DNA from: Octopus bimaculoides
Taxonomy: Eukaryota
Direction: 5' to 3'
Assembly (NCBI RefSeq): GCF_001194135.2
Contig: NC_068994.1
Location: 38,634,725 to 38,698,724, forward strand
DNA length: 64,000 nucleotides
How positions within the stretch are numbered: position 1 is the stretch's first letter; each line of letters starts with the position of its first letter. The notes under the pieces were generated by a model. It searched no databases and was not told where the DNA came from. It saw only the letters and a program-made list of their open reading frames with translations. Positions 1-10,130 of this stretch are shown piece after piece. The position numbers were made by a program, and so were the translations under genes.

Positions 1-243
1 TATATACAAAAAACATCTTACATAAATTATCATTGTTTTAAATTATCATTGTTTTAAATACAATTTGAACGAAGTTTAAGTTTAAAATAATAATGAAGAT
101 AAAAGTAGTACATATTTAACCGGTGTAATAGTTAAAGCTATACTATTTAAAGCTAAAGACGTTTATTTAACTATAATTAAAAATCAATTGAATAATAGAA
201 AAATACAAGATTATTTATTTCTACAAACGTAATAATAAAAAAG

Positions 244-274
<31 letters not shown>

Positions 275-553
275 CAGAATAAGAAAAACTTCTATACTGA
301 ATTTCTTACTTTTTCGAAACAGTGACAAACCTTCATAAAGTGATGTCTCCACAACAGAGAAGGAACCCACTCTACATATAACCATTCATTCTAGACAGCT
401 TTTGAAAATAAAGTTATCTATTTAATATATGAATTTTCCCTCATCAGTACTCCTGTCAAATAATGATCCAACATCAATTTCCGTGTTTTTGTCGTTACTA
501 CTATAATGTTTTCTCTTTTTCCCAAAATAAAGATACTAAGTTATCACCATATA

Positions 554-712
554 GGCACAAGCGTGGCTGTGTGGTAAGAAGCCTGCATCTCAACCACATG
601 GTTCGGAGTTCAGTCCCACCATGTGGAACCTTGGGCAAGGGTCTTCTATTATAGTCTCAAGTTGATCAAAGCCTTGTGAGTGGATTTTGTAGATCGAAAA
701 TGAAATAAGCCT

Positions 713-756
<44 letters not shown>

Positions 757-992
757 TCTTTGAGTCTGTGGCTGTTACCTCCACTGCTATCACTTGACAA
801 CTGATGCTGGTGTGGGTATGTTCCCATGTCTACTTGTCTACGTTAACCAGTAGTTCAGCAAAAGAGATTGATAGAATAAGTATCAGGTTTTCTTTTTTAA
901 ATAAGCACTGGGGTCGATACATTTGACTAAATATTCTTCAAGGCAGTGCCCCAGCATGGCCATAGTCAAATGAAAGAAAAAAGTAAAAGATA
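554..992 (+). mobile_element. Octopus-type tRNA-derived SINE, family A (CORE-like body, internal (TG)n, ...GTAAAAGATAAAAGA tail)
   Basis: Head GCGTGGCTGTGTGGTAAGAAG (A-box-like), GGAGTTCAGTCCC (B-box-like), ACCTTGGGCAAG (MIR/CORE-like), then TG microsatellite and the 3' module CCAGCATGGCCATAGTCAAATGA; the same layout recurs at about 20 sites in the window. Confidence 0.85.
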
Positions 993-1089
993 AAAGATAC
1001 AGACAGAGCCTTTACAGGGGCATACAGTCTTCAAGAAATAGCAGCCAAATATTGCTCAAAACATATACTACTGCTTTAAAGCAGAACAA

Positions 1090-1500
1090 ATAACCGTAGC
1101 AAGTTGGTAGAGCTGTTAGCCCAAATTCTTCTTTGTTCCATATCTCACCACCTTCATTAAAATCCTGCAGAGGTCATCTTTACCTTTCATGTTTTTTGTG
1201 TTGATAAAGTAAAATGCTATTTCAGTTTGGTTGATCGGCAGAATTATTAGACTATCAGATGAGATTTCTTGTAGTATCTGTTCCAGCTGTTTTGCATTCC
1301 AAGTTCCTGGGTGGTAGATAATTTTTTACTCAGTTTAAAACTACCAATTGGTCCGAGGGTATCTTTAGCAGAATTCATTGTTACATGTTCATTCAGGCTA
1401 GACCTTTGGTTTGAGAATAACTTAAGTCCTTGTTCTCATAAATTTGAGATATTCTGAAAATATTCTGAAGATAAAGGGTGTTGGAAGTTGCCCCCTTCTA
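1090..1500 (-). pseudogene. Possible highly decayed LINE (RTE-like) endonuclease N-terminus
   Basis: Hand translation of the minus strand gives IIYHPGTWNAKQLEQILQEISSDSLIILPINQTE, loosely like the APE-endonuclease start (xGTWNV...LxQLxxE...IL.I.ET); multiple stops and frameshifts. Confidence 0.3.
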
Positions 1501-1546
1501 TCTGATGACTGAACAGTTAAAAAAATTGTGGGGTACTGTTACACAA

Positions 1547-2030
1547 TATCGTTTTTCTTTTGTTTCAGTGATTGGACTATGGCCATGCTGGGGCATCATC
1601 TTAAATGGCTTAGTAAAAAAAAAAAAGATCAGCATATTTGTTTTTAAAGTGTAATCTCCTTTTTCTGAATCATTATGGGGATGCAAATGAACCAACACTG
1701 GTTGTCAGGTGGTGGTGGTGGACAAACATGACACACATATACATAGCTATATACATACATGCACACATACATAGCTATATACATATATACACACATACAT
1801 ACATGCATACACACACGTACATGCATCGCCCCCTGCACACACACACACATGCATGCACATGCACGAGGGAATTCTTCCAGTTTCTGTCTTCCAAATCCAT
1901 TCACAAGATTCTAGTTATCCCAAGGCTATAGTGCAAGACTTGCAGTGGGACTGCAAGGGGACTTGCAGTGGGACTGAACCCAGAACTATGTAGTTGGTAA
2001 GCTAACTTCTTACCACACAGCCATACCAAA
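1547..2030 (-). mobile_element. SINE family A copy
   Basis: Reverse complement of the family A modules: TTTCAGTGATTGGACTATGGCCATGCTGGGG ... CTTCTTACCACACAGCCAT. Confidence 0.85.
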
Positions 2031-2620
2031 AAAAAAAAATGTGACTGCTTCAATACATCTTTAGTACTGTAAGCCTGTTTTAGTAAAGCTGACCTGGGGT
2101 TAAACAACAACTTACTACATTGTCTTGTCTAATATCTATCATACTGCTGTGTCACATTCTACCAGATTCTGTCAACACACTTGTGTGAACCCTTCTTCAC
2201 TAGAAAACTCTCAGTCCCAAACATGACAATTACCATTTCCTCTAAATATAGAATTTTGTTTACTCATTGCTTTTGATATGGAGTCCTGCCTGGCAGTTCA
2301 AAACTTTAGGCATTCTATTCCTCACAGTATTATTAAACTTATTGGTATTTCATAAATTTTTCTTGTTGCTTTAGTACACTGAGCTGACGAAAATGAGTAA
2401 TCCTGCAAGGGATAGGTATCCCATCCAGAGGGAAAATATATATGCCACAGAAACAGGGAAACCCTGAAAGATTTTTTTTCTGCTGAAGTCGGCTCTGCCT
2501 TTCATCCCATTTAGGGCTGATAAAATAAGTACCACTTGAATGCTGGGGTTGATTTAATCAACTTTGCCCCTCCTCCAAAACCGCTGGCCTTGGGCTAAAA
2601 TTTGAAATCAATATTTCAAA

Positions 2621-2794
2621 GGAATAAAATACAAAGTGTTTGATAGAGTGTGATACACTTGGAAAGGGTTGGATAAATGTTAGAAAAAGGTGGAGAAATT
2701 AGAAAGGAGTGGATAAACTTGGAAAGGAGCAGATGAACTTAGAAAATCTGGCAAAGAAGGGAATAAAATACAAGGTATTTGATAGAGTGTGATA
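2621..2794. repeat. 35-bp direct repeat (period 139 bp) enclosing about five degenerate ~20-bp purine-rich subunits
   Basis: GGAATAAAATACAA(A/G)GT(G/A)TTTGATAGAGTGTGATA at 2621-2655 and 2760-2794; internal units of the form TT(A/G)GAAAGGAGTGGATAAAC. Confidence 0.75.
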
Positions 2795-3199
2795 GCTGCC
2801 TTTAGAAGCAATGGTAAGTTATCAGACTGGATGGACACTGCCTTAACTCAAAAAAGGTATGAAAATATAAGAGTTTCTATGTGGTCGTCCAACCTGCTAG
2901 AAATATCAGTAAAATTTCTTTGAAAGCCGACTCATACATCATAAAAAATGGAAAGACATATTAGTTAATGAAATATAAGACACATTATGGTTTTAAAAAA
3001 TGGAACGATCACAGCTGGAATGCCTTCGATTATAAGTCAGAAGTAACCTGGTTTTTAATACCAGGAACAATCCATTAAATTTCCTGTTTCAGCTTTAATT
3101 TTATCAAACATTTGGATTGCAGGTATTAGCAGAGTAATTTCCCTTGCTTTTTGTTTTCCAGGTTCTAAACACTTCTACAGGAAGTTTCCTCTACTAATC

Positions 3200-5400
3200 G
3201 CATCGGTAATCTCAGTTAATCAAAGTTTATCAACTGACTGTATTAAATGTGTACATATTAATAACGCAAAATGTATTATTAGCATGCTGAATGCTCGGCC
3301 ATATTGTTGAAATTCATAATCAACATCCCTATTAAATTTTTTTTTGCCTACATTGAGCAAATCTATGTCTTGATGATTGAATAGAGTATTCTAGGCTGAG
3401 GAGGGCTAATAGAATTCAAACATGTCCGTTACTTTCACTAGTTTACTTAAACACAAAATCCGCTCCCATTTACACTTTACTGAGTAAATAACATTAAAAA
3501 AAAAATTTATCGGAGTTGCTTCCCTTGCCAATTTATTTTTAAATTCTGAACTGCCATTGAGGGAATTCTCCCCACTAATTAATTACACGGACAATTTCTA
3601 TTATTCGAAACTTTTCGAGACTTTCTCCGTGTATAATGTATATCTCTCCCTTTGCGTTATCCCTCAGCACATGCGACGGGAAGCTGAAAGTTCTTGTTTT
3701 TAAGGGAGCCACAACAGACCCAACTCTAAGACAAATACGGGAGTACGTCCTTATAAATGAAACTTCCCCAATACTAAATAGGAAATATACATAGATATCA
3801 TACCCCGGTAATCTTCCAGTTTAGAGAGGTAAAAAAAAAGTAAATAAAAACACAAGGGAAATAACTTAACGTCTTACTAGTATTATCCGTACTACTCTGA
3901 AATGTGTATTTTTTTTTTTAGCTGTTTATAAATAAATCACACACGTGATTGAATATCATAGTACCGGCTGCACAACAACTTATGGTAATCTTCCAGTATA
4001 GGGAAATAACGGTCAAACTAAAGCGTTTGACCCAAGCTCAAAAATAAATAAAAAAATAGTGTAATAGGTGTAAAACAACTTGCTGTGAACGAATATGAAG
4101 AAAAAAATGCGCGCTCGCAAAGGAGGGGGGGTGAGGAGAGTACGGATAATACTAGTAAGACGTTAAGTTNNNNNNNNNNAAATGCGCGCTCGCAAAGGAG
4201 GGGGGGTGAGGAGAGTACGGATAATACTAGTAAGACGTTAAGTTATTTCCCTTGTATTTTTATTTACTTTTTTTACCTCCCTAAACTGGAAGATTACCTC
4301 ACACCCTCATACCCACATTTTACACAGGTAGAGTAGAACAGTTAATGGGCTTTTATGCAGATATATGTATGTATGTCTGTGTATGTGGGTGTGTGCATGC
4401 ACATGTATGTATATGTAAACAAACAGGTCTACATACAGACGGGTAGGTACATAGGGTATATGAACAGACAACCACATACGCAAATAGAGACTGAAACACA
4501 TGACCACATATACACACACACTTTACTTCACACAAAGACACATGTCCACAAATATGGAGATGTGCACCCATACATACAAACATGGTACATAGCAGCAAAA
4601 CACACACACACACACACTCAGACATGCACACACAAGGAGACAGAGGTATATACATACATATACAGACATGCACACACACACATACATAAAAACACACAAA
4701 CACAGGAATATGCAGAATACATACATACATACATACATGCAAACGCACACACATACATACATATATGCATACACACACATACATGCATATATACATATGT
4801 ACACACACACAGACATGCATACACACACATGCATGNNNNNNNNNNTATGCATACACACACATACATGCATATATACATATGTACACACACACAGACATGC
4901 ATACACACACATACATGCATGCATACATACACACACATGCACACATACATGCATGCATACATACACACACACTGAGACACACACATGCGCAAAAACAAAC
5001 AAAAGCAAAAAAAGAACGCAGCGTAAATAAGGGACAGCCAAGACTATTGAAAAGGTTGCAAGACGCAACGAAAATTTTAGAAAAATAAAAAGAAAAATAA
5101 GTGGAAATTTTACCGGTGCGTGTGTTAAATCTTAAGGCACAATAAGAAAATGACTCTCCCCAGACACAACAGTATATAATGTGCGTGTGTGCATGTATAG
5201 ACGAACACCAATTTGTATATAGAAAATATCAATGTAAGGGAGACAACCCTGTCCTGCCTGAAACCCTACGTGCCAGGGTCGTCTTGTATATATTTGTTTG
5301 CATATAAAATTAACTGATCATGACGTTTTTCTCCTCCCAGTTGTAGAGAGGTTATGTGCCTCTGGCCACTTGAGTCTGATGAGTTACCTACCCAGCTAAG
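3200..5400. promoter_or_regulatory. CpG-retaining, promoter-like zone (interrupted by a CA/TACA microsatellite at about 4350-4990)
   Basis: Visibly more CG dinucleotides than the flanks (e.g. ATCGCATCGG, TTCGAAACTTTTCGAG, GCGACGGG, TGCGCGCTCGC, AACGCAGCG); repeated AGGGARRYAAC motif; candidate first-exon donor ACCG|GTGCGT at 5115/5116. Promoter function is inference. Confidence 0.45.
3807..4298. mobile_element. Mutator-like (MULE) foldback MITE with ~87-bp TIRs
   Basis: 3807-3893 is the reverse complement of 4214-4298 with 2 substitutions and 1 indel; termini GG...CC; flanks TCATACCCC / TCACACCCT (7/9 match, consistent with a 9-bp TSD); no ORF. About 70 bp of the interior is duplicated across the 10-N gap. 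Confidence 0.7.
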
Positions 5401-5485
5401 GAGCTTTATAGCTGTGAAAGCAACTACCACCACTCTCCGATCGGCTATAACAAACAACCTTCCAAATATATTACTAATGTTTTAG

Positions 5486-5503
5486 AGTGAGCCTCTTTTT
5501 CAG
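5486..5503 (+). other. Candidate 18-nt microexon
   Basis: TACTAATGTTTTAG|AGTGAGCCTCTTTTTCAG|GTATGT: branch-point-like ACTAAT, acceptor AG and strong donor; length divisible by 3. Confidence 0.35.
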
Positions 5504-5519
5504 GTATGTGAACTACTGA

Positions 5520-5558
<39 letters not shown>

Positions 5559-6027
5559 NNNNNNNNNNNNNNNNNNNNNNNNNNNNNNNNNNNNNNNNNN
5601 NNNNNNNNNNNNNNNNNNNNNNNNNNNNNNNNNNNNNNNNNNNNNNNNNNNNNNNNNNNNNNNNNNNNNNNNNNNNNNNNNNNNNNNNNNNNNNNNNNNN
5701 NNNNNNNNNNNNNNNNNNNNNNNNNNNNNNNNNNNNNNNNNNNNNNNNNNNNNNNNNNNNNNNNNNNNNNNNNNNNNNNNNNNNNNNNNNNNNNNNNNNN
5801 NNNNNNNNNNNNNNNNNNNNNNNNNNNNNNNNNNNNNNNNNNNNNNNNNNNNNNNNNNNNNNNNNNNNNNNNNNNNNNNNNNNNNNNNNNNNNNNNNNNN
5901 NNNNNNNNNNNNNNNNNNNNNNNNNNNNNNNNNNNNNNNNNNNNNNNNNNNNNNNNNNNNNNNNNNNNNNNNNNNNNNNNNNNNNNNNNNNNNNNNNNNN
6001 NNNNNNNNNNNNNNNNNNNNNNNNNNN

Positions 6028-6075
<48 letters not shown>

Positions 6076-6899
6076 TGTATGTATATTTATATATATGTAT
6101 AAGTTCTATCAAGTAAGTCAAGTAGGTCCTTAGAATGAGATCTTGAAAAGACCAATGTTTGATAGAAAGCTTGCTCTGTTTCAGTTGCAAAACCTTTTAA
6201 TATTTGTTCATACCAAGAGCATCCGTTGTAGTGACCATTATCATCCTTATCATCATAGTCCTTTTAATGTCTATTTTTCTACGTCTGCATGGGTCAGATG
6301 AGAATATGCAAAAGGGAGAAATAGGTCACATATTTTACTAAGCTAATTCAGAAGCTTCTTTTTCATTGGTTGAAGCAAGATCCAACTTGTGGGTTGTATG
6401 TTTGATACCCTGATCTTTGATAACTAGATATAGAAGGGGGCTATTACATGATTGCTTGAATTCCTAGAAATAGCAACTAAATCTCTGTTAAATCACACCT
6501 TATTATTTTTAGAATGAAAAGAAACATTAGAGAATGCTGTCCCATATAACCTTAAAAATGATGTGATGGTTCTTGCTGAAACACCCTTTATCATCATAGG
6601 ATTGCTTGATCAGATTTGGGACCAAACAACAACAACAACATGGAGCGATATCTTAGCTGGACACTTAACTAACTCAAACTAAAACAAAGGAAAAACAAAG
6701 GAATTGGGATTTTATGTAAATAACATTGTGGCCAATCTGAGTGACTTATGGATGTAGCTGTTTGCCTTAACACTGGCATTTATTTTTATGATACAGGAGG
6801 AAATTACTGAGGTTGATTCAATTACAACTCACTTTTAACTTTACTTCTTTCATCATGAACCCATTCATTTATGTGTTAACTATTTTGAATCTGCAGGGT

Positions 6900-7440
6900 A
6901 AACAACAGAAAATCATTACAGAAAAAAACAGCATAGGAAAAATGTTTCAAAGGTAAAATTTTACCAGCAAATGTTATAGATAAGTCAGAGGAAAAATGTT
7001 ACTGAAAAATATTACTGAGGATTGTTATTGAAATATGTCACAGTAAAGAAATTGAAGGAAAAATATCTCAGAAAAGAATCACATGAAAATATGCCCTAGA
7101 CTAAAATCGTGGAAATAAAAAATAACAGAAAAATGGTCACAGAAAAACGAACACTTAAAAATTTCACTGCAAAAGGTCAGAAAACAGTCATAGATATAAG
7201 GTCATGGAAAAAGTCACAGAAAAGAGGTCACTGAAAAATGTCATAAAAAGCAGTCGCTGAAAAAGGTCATGGAAAAAGTCACAGAAAAGAGGTCACTGAA
7301 AAATGTCATAAAAAGCAGTCACTGAAAAAGGTCATGGAAAAAGTCACATAAAAAAGGTCACTCAAAAATGTCACAGAATACACCCATGGAAAGAAGTCAC
7401 AGAAATGAAGCCGTCTCAGAAAAACTTCACAGAAAAACAG
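6900..7440 (+). repeat. Degenerate array of ~12-13-bp GAAAA(A/G)GGTCAC-type subunits, with a ~61-bp higher-order unit at about 7197-7350
   Basis: AAGGTCATGGAAAAAGTCACAGAAAAGAGGTCACTGAAAAATGTCATAAAAAGCAGTC occurs twice nearly exactly, plus a partial third copy; the array decays leftwards and ends at a gap. Confidence 0.8.
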
Positions 7441-8220
7441 CCAGTAAAAAAAAAAAAAGAAAAANNNNNNNNNNNNNNNNNNNNNNNNNNNNNNNNNNNN
7501 NNNNNNNNNNNNNNNNNNNNNNNNNNNNNNNNNNNNNNNNNNNNNNNNNNNNNNNNNNNNNNNNNNNNNNNNNNNNNNNNNNNNNNNNNNNNNNNNNNNN
7601 NNNNNNNNNNNNNNNNNNNNNNNNNNNNNNNNNNNNNNNNNNNNNNNNNNNNNNNNNNNNNNNNNNNNNNNNNNNNNNNNNNNNNNNNNNNNNNNNNNNN
7701 NNNNNNNNNNNNNNNNNNNNNNNNNNNNNNNNNNNNNNNNNNNNNNNNNNNNNNAGCATAGAACATTTCTTTATTAGAGTGTATACTAAGGAGATTTTTA
7801 TTATTCTCTCTAAAATAATCATATAGTTTAAGTGATTCGAAGAGAGATTGCTAATTATTAATTGCAAAAGATATGCTTTTCCTCAAGGACATTAAAGAGA
7901 AGTAGGAGAGGAGAAAATAAAATAATTAAAACTGTAACTTGTAAATAGGTTCTCAAAATGTTATTCTGATTCGCTTTATTTTCACTCGTCAAGGAACAAC
8001 ACACACAATCCCCCCCCAAAAAAAGCGGCAATGGGAATAAAGGGAGGCAACTTTTACGAGACTCGCATGTCTTCTTTTTAAATATTCTGTATTTGGTGGC
8101 ACATGGTTCTAAGGCGTGCTGAATATTTTGCTAAGCATTTTGCTTGACGTCCAAATGATTCTGTTAGTTCACCATAATAATAATAATAATATTATTATTA
8201 TTAATAATAATAATAATAAT

Positions 8221-8626
8221 ATGAGCAAATATAAAGATCTTGAAATAGAAATTAGCAAAATGTGGAATCTGAAGACGGAAACAATACCTATTGTCATAGG
8301 TGCCCTGGGAATGACAGCGAAACGGGCTGATTACTACCTAGCTCAGATACCAGGAAACCCCAAAATGGCTGAAGTTCAAAAGATAGTACTCATGGGAGCA
8401 GCCCATATCCTACGTAAAATACTGTCTATGTGATCTCAAACTTTAAAACAAACACATAATTTTCTTATGCTTTCTTAAACATTCACTAGAACAAAACTGT
8501 ACAAATCCAAATATATGGTACCCTAGGCATAACACCTACATGAAACTTCTAACTTGTTGTCTCTTGAGGTCTCTGGGTGAGACTTGGATCCAACTTGTAC
8601 AAATGCAAAGCAAAAGTCAAACATAA

Positions 8627-8655
<29 letters not shown>
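8221..8655 (+). mobile_element. 5'-truncated R4/Dong-like non-LTR retrotransposon (restriction-like endonuclease C-terminus plus 3' UTR) in a (TAA)n tract
   Basis: SKYKDLEIEISKMWNLKTETIPIVIGALG...EVQKIVLMGAAHILRKILSM* (8224-8433) matches the RLE C-terminal motif KYxDL...W...PxxIGALG; about 190 bp of 3' UTR ends in (TAA)n; (TAA)n is also present on the 5' side. Confidence 0.8.
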
Positions 8656-8657
<2 letters not shown>

Positions 8658-9119
8658 GTTTCAAATTTTGCCACAAGGGCAGCTATTTTGCGGGGAGGGG
8701 ATGGGTCAACTACATCAACCACTGTGTTTCACTAATACTTAATTTATTGACCCCCGAAAGGATGAACGGCAAAGTCAAGCACGGCAAAATTTGAACTCAG
8801 AACGTAGCACCAGATGAAATACCGCTTAGCATTTCGCCCTGCATGCTATGGTTCTGCCAGCTCGCTGCTTTAATAATAATAATAATAATCCTTTCTACTA
8901 TAGGCACAAGGCCTGAAATTTGGGGAGAGGGGGCTAGTCGATTACATTGACCTCCAGTGTTTCACTGGTACTTAATTTATCAACCTGAAAGGATGAAAGG
9001 CAAAGTCGACCTTGGTGGAATTTGAACTCAGAACAGAATGTAGCATCAGACGAAATACCGCTTAGCATTTTTGCCTGGCGTTGTAATGATTCTGGCAGTT
9101 CACTGCCTTAGCAATAATG

Positions 9120-9166
<47 letters not shown>

Positions 9167-9500
9167 CCTTTCTACTAAAGGCACAAGGCCTGCAGTTGTG
9201 GGGGAGGGGACTAGTATTTCATTGGTACTTAATTTATCGACCCCGAAAGGATGAAAAGCAAAGCTGACCTCAGCATAATTTGAACTTAGAATGTAGTGGT
9301 AGACGAAATACTGCTAAGCATTTTGCCCAGCATGCTAACAATTCTGCCAGCTCACCACCTATAATAATAAGTCTTTCTACCATAGGCACAAGTCCTGAAA
9401 TTTGTGGGAGGGGATTGTCAATTACATCAACCCCAGTACACAACTGCTACTTATTTTATCGACCCCAAAAGGATGAAAGTTAAAGTCGACCTTAGCTATT
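8656..9500 (-). mobile_element. Tandem cluster of four SINE family B copies separated by (TAA)n
   Basis: Repeated minus-strand module GAGCTGGCAGAA...GAGTTCAAATT...GTCGACTTTGCCTTTCATCCTTTCGGGGTCGATAAATTAAGTACCAGT...CCTTGTGCCTATAGTAGAAAGGATTATT; copies at about 8660-8870, 8890-9110, 9170-9360 and 9375-9495 (partial). Confidence 0.85.
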
Positions 9501-9716
9501 AATAATCACTGTAGACATTTCTGTACTAACCTGACCTTACTTGACCTCACCTGATCTAGCATTGATAATATATACTGTAAGGAAAAGAACAGTTTAAATA
9601 ATGCTTGGATGACACTGGTTCTGGGGGACTTCATATATGGATACAGAAGTAGGAACGCACAGACAATCACAAATTCACTTGAAAGACACACAGACACATA
9701 CAGATGCATACGTCAT

Positions 9717-10125
9717 TACTCTTTTACTCTTTTACTTGTTTCAGTCATTTGGTAGTGGCCATGCTGGAGCACCGCCTTTAGTCAAGCAAATCGACCCAGG
9801 ACTTATTCTTTGTAAGCTTAGTATTTATTTTATCGGTCTCTTTTGCTGAACCACTAAGTTATGGGGACGTAAACACACCAGCATTGGTTGTCAAGGGATG
9901 TTGGGGGGACAAACACAGACACACAAACATATACACACACATACATACATATATATACATATATACGACGGGCTTCTTTCAGTTTCCATCTACCAAATCC
10001 ACTCACAAGGCTTTGGTCAGCCCGAGGCTATAGTAAAAGACACTTGCCCAAGGTGCCATGCAGTAGGACTGAACCTGGAACCATGTGGTTGGTAAGCAAG
10101 CTACTTACCACACAGCCACTCCTGC
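9717..10125 (-). mobile_element. SINE family A copy
   Basis: Full reverse-complement module set, from TACTCTTTTACTC to CTTACCACACAGCCACTCCTGC. Confidence 0.9.
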
Positions 10126-10130
10126 ATCAT

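Noticed and set aside
310-395. Minus-strand 81-nt open exon candidate (NEWLYVEWVPSLLWRHHFMKVCHCFEK, donor GTAAGA)
   Set aside because: Weak acceptor, no homology, no partner exon within the window
2621-2794. Repeat-spacer-repeat as a CRISPR array
   Set aside because: Only two repeats, the spacer is itself repetitive, eukaryotic context, no cas genes
4108-4242. 62-bp direct repeat (4108-4169 / 4181-4242)
   Set aside because: Exact duplication on either side of a 10-N gap: typical contig-overlap artefact; likewise the repeat around the 4836-4845 gap
4353-5088. Stack of long ORFs (up to 209 aa) on both strands
   Set aside because: Pure CA/TACA microsatellite translations (HT/YI/CV repeats) spanning an N gap; the same applies to ORFs at 1.6-1.9, 26.5-26.8, 33.4-34.0, 34.6-35.0, 48.3-48.6 and 52.0-52.3 kb
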